This document shows, piece by piece, positions 1 through 9,316 of a stretch of DNA of 64,000 nucleotides (position 1 is the first letter of the stretch; each line of letters begins with the position of its first letter). Source of the DNA: a virus (Duplodnaviria > Caudoviricetes). The notes beneath the pieces were generated by a model, which searched no databases, had not been told where the DNA came from, and saw nothing but the letters and a program-made list of their open reading frames with translations. The position numbers were made by a program, and so were the translations under genes. The stretch is from IMG/VR virus record IMGVR_UViG_3300042542_006078; one strand, given 5' to 3'.

Positions 1-1
1 T

Positions 2-2635
2 CAGGGTCAACTTGGTAAATTCTTTGAAAATATAAGTAATCTTATTTCTGAAGGAATAGTTGCTCCAGTATCAATGATTGGAAATGTTGAAACATTGAAG
101 CCAGTTGCTAAGACATTGGCTGTTATTTCAGTTTTGTTGAATGAAGCAGCCAAGACAATCAAGGCTTTAGCTGATGTTGTTGGATTAATGGACCCAGTAA
201 GCTTCTTCCAAGAATCGCCAATAAGTAAAATTTCTAAGTATAAAAATCAATTTGCAGAATATTTCCTTGAAATAGCTGATTTGGTTACTTGGGGAATTGT
301 TTGGCCAATTCTCTTTGCTATGCCAAATACAGAAGACTTAAGAAAAGCTCAGACAATTTTAATTGGAGTTGCAACAATTGCTTGCGCTACAGGAAAAACA
401 ATCAAATCTCTTGCTGAAGTAATGGCTCTGATGGACCCTGTTAGTTTGTTTTTTGATTCTCCCATGGAAAAAATTGTCAATAACAAAAAACAATTTACAG
501 ATTGGTTTGATTCAATTGCCGTATTTGTTCGTGATGGGATTGTTGATCCTGTTGTGGCCATATTTACCGATACGACTCAATTGAATAAGGCGGCAGTTAT
601 AATCAAGGCCATGAGTCTAATTGCGATAAGACTTGTTCCTCTCATTAAAAATCTTGCAGAAGCAATTTCATTGGCAACAGATGCTCCCACATTCTTCGGA
701 GTTGCTCCGATGCAAAAAATTGTAGACAATAAAGAAAAATTTAAGGGTTGGTTCATATCAATTGCCGAATTCATGAAAACTGGAATTATAATACCTGTTT
801 TCACGAATCTTGGTGATGTAGACATGGGCAAGGCTCAAAAAATAATCATGGCTATGGCCACAATTGCAAGAAATATATCTCCACTCATCAAGAACATGGC
901 ATCGGCAGTTGGCATGGTGAGCGAAGGAGGAGAAGAAAGCATAGACACCGATTTTCCAATGGACAAAATAATTGCCAGCAAGGATAAATTTGCTAAATTT
1001 TTCAATACTACTGCAATATTTTTGAGAGACGGCGTGGTAATGCCTATTTTGCAACAAATGGGCGATCTTAAACAGATTCAACAGGCATCAAGAACTTTGT
1101 TGGCTATGAATTCTTTGTTGACAAATATTCCACTAGTAATCAAAAACTTTGCAAATAATGTTCTTCCATTGGTTGTAAGTGCAGACACAGATTTAAGGGA
1201 TACTCCTGCTGAGAAAATAGATGCAGGAAAAGAAAAATTTGCAATATTCTTCAGGAATGTTACAGCTTTCTTGCGTGACGGAATTGTAAATCCAGTAATA
1301 CAAGAAATGCCAGACTCTAAGACCATTCAAACAGCGGGAAGAATCATGCTTGGAATGAACATGCTGTTAAACAATGTTTCTGGAGTAATCAAAAATTTGG
1401 TTAAATTGTTTGGTGGATCACTTGATCCAAACCAATGTTTGAAAGAAGCTCCTATACCTATGATTGCTAGAATGGCACCAATTTATCAGGAATTCTTTGG
1501 GGCTGTAATTGGATTTTTGGTTGATGGAATTGCGAATCCCATATTGCACGGATTCCCTTCAGAAGATGATATGAAGGAGGCAAATGGCAGAATGAAAAAC
1601 ATGCTTTTGCTTATCACTCAAATTCCTCCATTTATTCAACAATTGAATAAAACAATTAATGATCTTGGAACCAATATTGTTGGTTTTGGAACAATGTTTA
1701 GCGTGGCGGTATTTACAGGAACTTTTGGTTATATTTCCAATCTTTTAATTGAAGGTGTTATCAATCCAATCAGAATGATGCCAGACTCAGAAGAGCTTGA
1801 TGAAATGTTAAATAAATTAAATTTGATGTCAGAAGTTGTTTATACTGCTGGAGTTGTTATGAGCAGAATGAATCAGACATTCAACAACTTCGCATCAGCA
1901 ACAAATATTTTCTCATCACTTACTGGCAGATGGGATCAACACTTCTTCCAGAAATCATTCACGGGAATGGCGATAAGCTTAAAGAGTGGAATCATAGAGC
2001 CGATCACAAATCTTTTCCCGAAAGCATCTGAGCTTCAGATCGTTGTTGATAAGCTTGCTTTGCTTGGACAAGTATTAAATAAGCTTGAAGAGGTCATGAA
2101 CTCACTTGGAGCAACATTCTCATCAATTGGCAAGATGGGAGTCGATATGAGCCAAATTAATACAATGCCAATGGATAAGTTGTTGGCTTTGGCAAATATA
2201 GCACAAAGTGGGGCGCAAGCGGCAATCACACCTGTTGGAGCAGCAGTTGCAAATTCTCCAGCAGGAGCGGCAGTATCTACAGCAGCATCCGGCTCAACAA
2301 ATGCCGCAATTGAGAATAAAGTCGCTGCCAAGAAAGCTGGAGAAGAGCCAGCGACAAATAAAGTTACATCGAAAGAATTGCAAGATATATCTAAAAATTC
2401 TTCTGATCAAAACGCAAAACTTGACACGCTTATTACATTATTCCAGAAGGTCGTCGATGCACTTAAACCTTCTCCCGCATCGGGAGGAGGTGGTGGAAGT
2501 GTAGCTGGTGAAACTCCTGATACTTCGTTGAATAGACCACCTGCCAAGAGTCCCATGTTTCCTAGGGCTGTGACCGGAAGGGTTGGACAGGGACCAGCAA
2601 AGCAAGTGAATACCTTGCTACCAATAAGACTGTAA
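2..2635 (+). CDS. Probable tape measure protein, 3' part (5'-truncated by the window edge)
   Basis: The frame is open from base 2, upstream of the track ATG at 74. The product is long and amphipathic-helical with ~80-aa repeats (P[MI]xKI..K..F..[WF]F..IA.F...G[IV][VI].P[VI]) and a low-complexity A/G/S tail. It lies directly upstream of tube-initiator, gp53 and hub genes. Confidence 0.7.
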   Translation, partial: QGQLGKFFENISNLISEGIVAPVSMIGNVETLKPVAKTLAVISVLLNEAAKTIKALADVVGLMDPVSFFQESPISKISKYKNQFAEYFLEIADLVTWGIVWPILFAMPNTEDLRKAQTILIGVATIACATGKTIKSLAEVMALMDPVSLFFDSPMEKIVNNKKQFTDWFDSIAVFVRDGIVDPVVAIFTDTTQLNKAAVIIKAMSLIAIRLVPLIKNLAEAISLATDAPTFFGVAPMQKIVDNKEKFKGWFISIAEFMKTGIIIPVFTNLGDVDMGKAQKIIMAMATIARNISPLIKNMASAVGMVSEGGEESIDTDFPMDKIIASKDKFAKFFNTTAIFLRDGVVMPILQQMGDLKQIQQASRTLLAMNSLLTNIPLVIKNFANNVLPLVVSADTDLRDTPAEKIDAGKEKFAIFFRNVTAFLRDGIVNPVIQEMPDSKTIQTAGRIMLGMNMLLNNVSGVIKNLVKLFGGSLDPNQCLKEAPIPMIARMAPIYQEFFGAVIGFLVDGIANPILHGFPSEDDMKEANGRMKNMLLLITQIPPFIQQLNKTINDLGTNIVGFGTMFSVAVFTGTFGYISNLLIEGVINPIRMMPDSEELDEMLNKLNLMSEVVYTAGVVMSRMNQTFNNFASATNIFSSLTGRWDQHFFQKSFTGMAISLKSGIIEPITNLFPKASELQIVVDKLALLGQVLNKLEEVMNSLGATFSSIGKMGVDMSQINTMPMDKLLALANIAQSGAQAAITPVGAAVANSPAGAAVSTAASGSTNAAIENKVAAKKAGEEPATNKVTSKELQDISKNSSDQNAKLDTLITLFQKVVDALKPSPASGGGGGSVAGETPDTSLNRPPAKSPMFPRAVTGRVGQGPAKQVNTLLPIRL

Positions 2636-2650
2636 TTTGAGGTTAATTAA

Positions 2651-3211
2651 ATGAATGCAACATTGCCAAGTGGAGATTTGAATGAGTTTATTTTTGAACA
2701 AAAATGTTATATCGATATAATAGGAAATGGAATAGATGAAACAATAGTAATGCAAAGTCTTCCAGATATATCAGATACTAAAGGCGCAAGTTATTCCGAT
2801 GAAACATCAATAGGTAGAAGTACACCATTTAAGACATATAACAATTCTGATAATAGAACCATAAGCTGGACTGCTCACTTTATGGTGACAAAAAAAGATC
2901 ATATAGAAAAATTTTTTGGATACATTCGTGCAATACAGGCAGCAGTATATCCATTTGATAGCAGAAGCAGTCAAGGAGGATTGGGAGGCGCTCCTTATGC
3001 TCCTCCTCCAATTTGTAAATTGCAATGTGGAGATCTATTGTCAAAACTACCTCTTAATGCAATAATGAAAAGCTATACTATAAAATTTGATACTTCTGTT
3101 CCTTGGGACGAAAATACATTTTTACCCTATAAGTTTGATATTGATATGAATTTTGATATAATTTATGATCAATCAAATTTACCCGATTCAAATAAAATAT
3201 TAAATGATTGA
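2651..3211 (+). CDS. Tail tube initiator / baseplate tube-cap protein (gpU/gp48-gp54-like)
   Basis: Motif LPDISDTKGASYSDETSIGRSTPFKTYNNSDNRTISW; position between the TMP and gp53-like genes. Confidence 0.65.
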   Translation: MNATLPSGDLNEFIFEQKCYIDIIGNGIDETIVMQSLPDISDTKGASYSDETSIGRSTPFKTYNNSDNRTISWTAHFMVTKKDHIEKFFGYIRAIQAAVYPFDSRSSQGGLGGAPYAPPPICKLQCGDLLSKLPLNAIMKSYTIKFDTSVPWDENTFLPYKFDIDMNFDIIYDQSNLPDSNKILND

Positions 3212-3235
3212 AAATAAAATATTACAGGATTAAAA

Positions 3236-3562
3236 ATGGCAAACTACATAGAATACACAAAAATACAACCATCTAGATTTGTTCCCATATCGAGTAGGTA
3301 CTATGAATCGCCTGTTGTTTATTATACAGAAAACAAGTTAATGACATTTGCGACATATAAAAAAACAGTTATACCAAAGACCAACAGGGATAGATACTAT
3401 GTAATTACTGCTGGCAGAGAATATAGGCCAGACTTAGTGTCTTTGGCGGCTTATGGCACTGTAGATTATTGGTGGAAAATCATGGAAGCCAATGACATCA
3501 AAGATATTTTTAATTTTAAGGCTGGTTTGAATATTCGTTTGCCAGATGCCATTTTAGGATAA
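3236..3562 (+). CDS. gp53: Baseplate wedge subunit, T4 gp53 / LysM-like gpX family
   Basis: YRPDLVSLAAYGTVDYWWKIMEANDI...GLNIRLP matches the gp53-type signature; synteny. Confidence 0.8.
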   Translation: MANYIEYTKIQPSRFVPISSRYYESPVVYYTENKLMTFATYKKTVIPKTNRDRYYVITAGREYRPDLVSLAAYGTVDYWWKIMEANDIKDIFNFKAGLNIRLPDAILG

Positions 3563-3564
3563 TT

Positions 3565-5100
3565 ATGCCTGTTCAATCTTGTGTTGTTGAAAATGGATTG
3601 CTTAAAATGTTTGGTTGTGCCACTCCAGAAGCACCCATAGAAGGAGCGGTTTACGCTGCATATGTAGAAATGAGATTTGGGTCATCAAATCCAGAAGAAC
3701 AAGTAGTTTTAACAGTTGGTAATAACTCAGCGCCTACAGGAAACTTAGCGGTAATTAATTCATTTGAATATGGACAAGAAGGATCAAGCGGATATCAAAT
3801 TGATATTGAAATCATGGATCATGGAGGAGCCATGTATAAAGAAATCATCAGAAACCTGAACAAATCATTCGTCACTCAAAAACAAGAAGCGGAATTTATA
3901 GCAATTGATTTTGGATGGATAATAAGCGATGAAGATGGCAATTCTAGATTGAAAACAAGTAGAACTACAATTGGAACAGTATTAACTGGAGTGATGACAT
4001 CTGTTGAAACAAGTTTTGCAGGAGGCAATGTCAAGATTAAAGTAAAAATAACGGCTCCTCAAGACATTGGATCAGCCCAAACAGGTTCGGAAGGAAGCAA
4101 TGATCAGCTTATGGACTTAAAAACTGCCATCAGGAATGTTTTGGTTGATGGAGAACAGCCTTTGTTTTCAAATGTTTCTTTTAGAAGTGCATCTTCATTT
4201 GAAGATGCGGGTGCAGACAATAATTTAGAATTTGAAAAATCAAAAGGTGGAGAAAAGGGTCCGCCATCAGTTTGGCCAAAAGATCAGATGAGTGTTTTGT
4301 CTTGTGTAAGATCTTGGCTTTCAACAGTAACATCTGCTGATGGTAGAGGACTTATGATTCTTTACGATGCTGCCAATAATGGAATTATAATCCAAGAAGA
4401 CCCATTGGACCCTAGCGGACAAAATTCTGGATGTTGCACTACAAGTGTTGCCACCTATATTGTCAATGGAGGGAATTGCAGTCCTGTTATTGAATTCAGT
4501 CCATCTGTTCAATGGGCACCAACCATGGTTCCCGGCAAGGGTGGTACTAATGGTGGTGCTTCTGGCGGAAATGCACCTCTTCTTGAACCAATCAACAACA
4601 TTCAGGACACAGGTTCTCAAACTAGTCCAACAATGGAATCTCATGTTTGGAATTTCATTCCTCCTAAAGATCAAGCTGATAATGCAAACAAAGCTATTGG
4701 TGCAGCTATGGACGCAGAAGAGAAGACAGGACCGGGTCTTTCAGGAGGAACTCCAGCATGGTCTGCTGATTTGAAAATAATGGGCGATCCTTTCTATACT
4801 AATGTATATAACTTCCTTGGAAAATCAGTATCAATACTTTTTATAAACCCATATTATTTTGGCAATGAAGCTAATTCAACATGGCTTCAAACATCACTAT
4901 GCAATACAATGTTAAGCAATAAAAGATATATGATTAAAAGAGTAAATCACAGTATTAGTGCCGGAAGCTACACAACCACTTTGCAACTTCAATTGAATGT
5001 GCCGAACATTGATATAGATTGGGATGCCAGTCTTGGCGGAAACGGTTGTGGTAGTTTGGAACAAAGCTTCGTTGATGCTCCTGCTAAGAGTACACTATAA
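3565..5100 (+). CDS. Baseplate hub protein (gp27/gpD-like)
   Basis: 511 aa between gp53 and the spike; C-terminal ADLKIMGDP...YMIKRVNHSISAGSYTTTLQL is typical of hub proteins. Confidence 0.7.
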   Translation: MPVQSCVVENGLLKMFGCATPEAPIEGAVYAAYVEMRFGSSNPEEQVVLTVGNNSAPTGNLAVINSFEYGQEGSSGYQIDIEIMDHGGAMYKEIIRNLNKSFVTQKQEAEFIAIDFGWIISDEDGNSRLKTSRTTIGTVLTGVMTSVETSFAGGNVKIKVKITAPQDIGSAQTGSEGSNDQLMDLKTAIRNVLVDGEQPLFSNVSFRSASSFEDAGADNNLEFEKSKGGEKGPPSVWPKDQMSVLSCVRSWLSTVTSADGRGLMILYDAANNGIIIQEDPLDPSGQNSGCCTTSVATYIVNGGNCSPVIEFSPSVQWAPTMVPGKGGTNGGASGGNAPLLEPINNIQDTGSQTSPTMESHVWNFIPPKDQADNANKAIGAAMDAEEKTGPGLSGGTPAWSADLKIMGDPFYTNVYNFLGKSVSILFINPYYFGNEANSTWLQTSLCNTMLSNKRYMIKRVNHSISAGSYTTTLQLQLNVPNIDIDWDASLGGNGCGSLEQSFVDAPAKSTL

Positions 5101-5108
5101 GGAATAAA

Positions 5109-7238
5109 ATGACATTTGTATCACATAAAGATTTTCAATCTCTAAAGAAAAAAGTTGACACAATTGTCAATCAAATGGGAGGACTTAATTATGATATGAG
5201 ACAAGTTGTTCGTGCAGAAATTTTGTCAAATTCCAAAGTAATTGACCAGTCACAAATGCAATATGGTCTTTATACGGCTTTGTGTGTTGACACTTTGGAT
5301 ATATGGAAGCAGAACAGAATTCGTTTTTATTCGCCTCTTTTTCAGAACCCTCAAATGAAAGTTGAACAACTTCCTTGGGCTAATGCAGTAAGCGCCATGG
5401 GAGGATTTGATGATACCGGATTGACATGGGTTCCTCCAGCAGGATCAACTGTTGTCATTATGTTTGAAAATGGTAGTCGTAGTTCTCCTTATTACCTTGG
5501 AACAACATGGCATCGAGATCGTGGTCCTAGTGGTCAACATACTTGGGGCTACAACATAAATGAATATTATAAAATATGGGAAGGAACAAGAAATGGTTAT
5601 TTAGTGGGACCAGACGATGGATCTCAAGTTTTGCCTCCTTGGAATACTGAAAACTATAATGGTTTTGATCTCACATCAGTAATTGACTTTAATTCCAATC
5701 CAGAAGCACAAAGGCTTTTGACATATCCAAACATATACGGATTCAAAACTCCAGAAAAGCATATGATTAAGATGGTCGATGGAGACCCTAAGTGTAATAG
5801 AAAGTGGAAAAGATTTGAAATCATGTCCAGTTGTGGAAACTGGATTATGTTAAAAGACGATCATTTGCATTATGCCGGTCAGTGGGCTCACCCTGATTGC
5901 GGAGGAGTGGTCAAAGAAGGTGAAACAAGTTGTGTTGAAGATGCTTACACGCAGAATCAAATTGACAACATATCATCTGGAGGAACAATTGAACAAGCAC
6001 AAAATACAACAGACTTGAGTCCCGAGTCTGGAAAAAAACTTGAAGAAAATTCTTGTGAAGGAAAAAAGAGCAACAAAAAAATCATTGGAGGACACCCAAA
6101 CACAGGTTCTCCCAGATCAACATATTACAAAAAACAAATAGGTTCTAATCCTTTTTTTAAGCAAAGGCAGGAGTGTCGTCCTTACAAGGGTCCGCCTACT
6201 CCGCAGAATAATTCTGCTGATTTACCGCAAAGTGGAATTCAGATTCAATCAATATCTGGTCATTCTTTCGTAATGGATGACTCAGTTGAGGAACCAAGTG
6301 GTTCACCGACATGGGACAGAGAATTTGATTTTGGTTGCAACAACAAGTATGTTGGAAGAAGTTATTGGAAGTCGGCAACTGGACATAGCATAGAATTAAG
6401 TGATGTTGAAGGTGAGTCTGGTAGTGACAAAGGTGCAATTCGTGGTGAAGATAATTACATTAGGATAAAAACAGCTACTGGCAATAAAATTGAACTGAAT
6501 GACCACACTCAATCCGAGCCAGATTGCAAGGGTTGTCCTCCCAATATTGCTGGAGAGAGAAGAGGTATTCTTCTTCAAAGCACTAGTAATCACATTATTC
6601 AAATGTCTGATGAAGGCAATGAACAATGTGGACCATGTCGAGTCGAAGGCGGGAATCCTGTAGCCAAAGCAAAGAAAGCCTTTGTCAAGATTCGTTCTGG
6701 TTATGGTCTTGAGATGAGTTTTAATGATGATTCAAATCAGGAAACTGCGGAAAACCAAAACATTCAGATATATTGTCCTCACAAGCAAAATGTGAATGGA
6801 CCTCATATTTTCAGGATGCAGGAAGCAACTGATCCCTCACCCGGATTAGTATTTCTGAGAGTTGGTGGCAACTACATTAACATGACCGCAATTAACCATT
6901 ATACGATTGTCGGAACAAATGAAGACAGTAGTTTAATTGAGTTTGTAACAAAGTATAACTTGGTTTATTCCAAAGATGCTTACATGAATATTACTGATAC
7001 ATCTCATTTATTTTTGGCGAAAGATAAAATTATTCTTTTGGCTGGTACTGACTGTCCAGACCCAGAGGGAGGCCCTTCTGGACCATGTTTAGCTCCTGTT
7101 TGTGTTCTTAAGGATGGTGCTATTAGAGCTAGTGATCGTGTTTTTGCAAGTGCATCTCCCGATGCTACGGTTTTGAGTATGTTTCAGTTGAAACCATTCT
7201 ATAAAGAACCTCCAACAACTCCACCGACTACTGGATAA
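5109..7238 (+). CDS. gp5: Baseplate central spike (gp5/VgrG-like): OB-fold plus beta-helix repeats, no recognisable lysozyme domain
   Basis: OB-fold motifs NRIRFYSP...LPWA...GGFDDTGLTWVPPAGSTVVIMFENG...PYYLG; repeated [KS]S.[ST]GH.I.[ML].D units. Confidence 0.8.
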   Translation: MTFVSHKDFQSLKKKVDTIVNQMGGLNYDMRQVVRAEILSNSKVIDQSQMQYGLYTALCVDTLDIWKQNRIRFYSPLFQNPQMKVEQLPWANAVSAMGGFDDTGLTWVPPAGSTVVIMFENGSRSSPYYLGTTWHRDRGPSGQHTWGYNINEYYKIWEGTRNGYLVGPDDGSQVLPPWNTENYNGFDLTSVIDFNSNPEAQRLLTYPNIYGFKTPEKHMIKMVDGDPKCNRKWKRFEIMSSCGNWIMLKDDHLHYAGQWAHPDCGGVVKEGETSCVEDAYTQNQIDNISSGGTIEQAQNTTDLSPESGKKLEENSCEGKKSNKKIIGGHPNTGSPRSTYYKKQIGSNPFFKQRQECRPYKGPPTPQNNSADLPQSGIQIQSISGHSFVMDDSVEEPSGSPTWDREFDFGCNNKYVGRSYWKSATGHSIELSDVEGESGSDKGAIRGEDNYIRIKTATGNKIELNDHTQSEPDCKGCPPNIAGERRGILLQSTSNHIIQMSDEGNEQCGPCRVEGGNPVAKAKKAFVKIRSGYGLEMSFNDDSNQETAENQNIQIYCPHKQNVNGPHIFRMQEATDPSPGLVFLRVGGNYINMTAINHYTIVGTNEDSSLIEFVTKYNLVYSKDAYMNITDTSHLFLAKDKIILLAGTDCPDPEGGPSGPCLAPVCVLKDGAIRASDRVFASASPDATVLSMFQLKPFYKEPPTTPPTTG

Positions 7239-7267
7239 ATAATTTGTTGTACAAGTTTGTAAGATTG

Positions 7268-7274
7268 ATAAATA
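7268..7274 (+). promoter_or_regulatory. Putative T4-type late promoter core (ATAAATA) upstream of the gp25-like gene
   Basis: ATAAATA in the intergenic gap about 50 nt before the ATG at 7326; the same core recurs upstream of several other genes. Confidence 0.4.
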
Positions 7275-7325
7275 AAAAGTATTTTAGGAAAACCGTCATA
7301 ATTTGGCGGGAGGAAATAATATAAT

Positions 7326-7742
7326 ATGGCTACATTTGGCGGTGTTCCCTACCCAACAGTAAAAACACCAAGGGGTTATTGGTATTCACAGACTGGAAGC
7401 AGTCAGATCAAGTCTGATTTGCTTTGTCTTCTTTTGACAAATCCGGGTGAAAGGGTAATGATTCCAGATTTTGGCACTCCTCTTAAAAAACTATTATTTG
7501 AGCAAAATGATGTTGTTTTGAGGAATGAAGTGAAAAGAGTTATATCTTCTGCTATAAAAAAGTGGGAGCCTAGAATTGTTGTGCAAAATATTGAGGTTTC
7601 TTCTCAAATTGACGAAAATTCTTTGAATAATGATGATGACAGAAGCTCTATAGATAGCATTATATCTGTTAAAATAATTTTCGTTGATCCACAGAATATT
7701 AAACAGGTGGAACAACTTGTACTTGAAATTCCACTAAGTTAG
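7326..7742 (+). CDS. gp25: Baseplate wedge subunit gp25
   Basis: IKSDLLCLLLTNPGERVMIPDFGTPL...IKKWEPRI is the gp25/GPW signature. Confidence 0.93.
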   Translation: MATFGGVPYPTVKTPRGYWYSQTGSSQIKSDLLCLLLTNPGERVMIPDFGTPLKKLLFEQNDVVLRNEVKRVISSAIKKWEPRIVVQNIEVSSQIDENSLNNDDDRSSIDSIISVKIIFVDPQNIKQVEQLVLEIPLS

Positions 7743-7750
7743 GAGAAAAA

Positions 7751-9310
7751 ATGGCGACAAACAATAATTGCCCATTTGATATTACGCCATATACTCAGTC
7801 TCAACTGATTACAACGCCTAGTATTTTCAGCCTCAATTATACAAACCAAGATTTTTGGAGCATGAAGACCCGTCTTGTTGAATTTATCAGGCAGAAATTC
7901 AGCACGGATTTTTCTGACTTTGTTGAGTCATCTTTGGCGATGATGTTAATTGAAAACTGGGCTTTTCTTGCTGACACATTGTCTTTCAAGATGGATCAGA
8001 TTGCTAATGAAATTTTCATTGACACGGTAACAGAGCTTGAGAATGCCTTCAGGTTGGCTAATTTGGTTGGTTATCAGCCACAACCTCCAATAGCAGCCAG
8101 ATCATTGTGGACTGCAACCTTGAATAATCCTGTTTTAAGCGATGTTCCAATACCAGCGCCATTTGATGTTCAGATCAATGCTGGAGGAACAGCAATAACT
8201 GTTGAGCTATTCCCAGCAGATTCAGAAAACAACCCTATTTTTGATGAGGACATCATTATTCCGGCTGGCAATCTTGTTAATGCAAGCATAGTTGGTCTTG
8301 AGGGCAAAACAAGAAATATCTTGATTGCTGGAACAGGTGCTGTTGGACAAGTAATAACCTTGGGACAAAACCCTGTTATTTTTGATTCGATCAGGGTTTA
8401 TGTTGACGGAATCAAATGGGACCAAGTGCCTTATTTCACAGATTCACAACCAAGAAGAGAATACAGGATTGAATATGATTCAACATATACGGCTTATGTA
8501 ATTTTTGGAAATAATCAAACTGGTTTGGTTCCAAATAGTGGAAGTAACATTCGTGTGATTTACAGACAGGGAGGCGGAACTGTAGGAAACATTGTAAGTG
8601 GAACTATTGAAAAGCAGGCAATCATCAATGTGCCGGGAATTCCATATGGAATTCCAATTGTTATGAGAAATTATACTAGAGGTGAATTTGGATATGATGG
8701 GGACACTATTGACGATATCAGACTTAAGCTTCCAGCTTGGGTAAGGTCTCAAAACAGGGCTGTTACTGGTTTGGATTACAAGACATTGACTGATCAATTT
8801 TCAACTCCATATCAGGGTCAAATTGGAAAAAGCACGGCTGTACTAAGAAACAGTGGATGTTCTGGCAACATTGTTGATATTTATATTTTGGCCAGAAATG
8901 GCATAGATGGTCTTCAAGAGGCAGGACCAGACTTGAAAGTTGCTTTAGAAAGATATCTTAATGATGTAAAAATGATTACTGATTTTATTTGTATAAGAAA
9001 TGGATTCATTATACCAGTAGACATAAATATAGACATTGTAATGGACAGGCTTTATAGAAAGTTTGAAGAAGAATTTAGGGTAAAAATACAGAGAAGACTT
9101 GATCAATTTTTTGCAATATCCAATTGGGAATTTGGTGAGCAATTGAAGGAAATCGATATTACAAAGACTCTGTCGGATTTGAAAGAAATAACAAGTATTG
9201 ATGTATCTTTCACAACAGACAATCCTAATAATAGCGGCAATATAGTCAACTCAAGATTCTTTGAGATTATAAGGCCAGATGTGACAACGATCACATTTAC
9301 ATTTGAGTAA
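7751..9310 (+). CDS. gp6: Baseplate wedge subunit gp6 (baseplate J-like)
   Basis: LNYTNQDFWSMKTRL...DFSDF...MMLIE..AFLADTLSFKMDQ.ANE.F; GGGTVGN; QNRAVTGLDY. Confidence 0.9.
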   Translation: MATNNNCPFDITPYTQSQLITTPSIFSLNYTNQDFWSMKTRLVEFIRQKFSTDFSDFVESSLAMMLIENWAFLADTLSFKMDQIANEIFIDTVTELENAFRLANLVGYQPQPPIAARSLWTATLNNPVLSDVPIPAPFDVQINAGGTAITVELFPADSENNPIFDEDIIIPAGNLVNASIVGLEGKTRNILIAGTGAVGQVITLGQNPVIFDSIRVYVDGIKWDQVPYFTDSQPRREYRIEYDSTYTAYVIFGNNQTGLVPNSGSNIRVIYRQGGGTVGNIVSGTIEKQAIINVPGIPYGIPIVMRNYTRGEFGYDGDTIDDIRLKLPAWVRSQNRAVTGLDYKTLTDQFSTPYQGQIGKSTAVLRNSGCSGNIVDIYILARNGIDGLQEAGPDLKVALERYLNDVKMITDFICIRNGFIIPVDINIDIVMDRLYRKFEEEFRVKIQRRLDQFFAISNWEFGEQLKEIDITKTLSDLKEITSIDVSFTTDNPNNSGNIVNSRFFEIIRPDVTTITFTFE

Positions 9311-9316
9311 GGAGTG

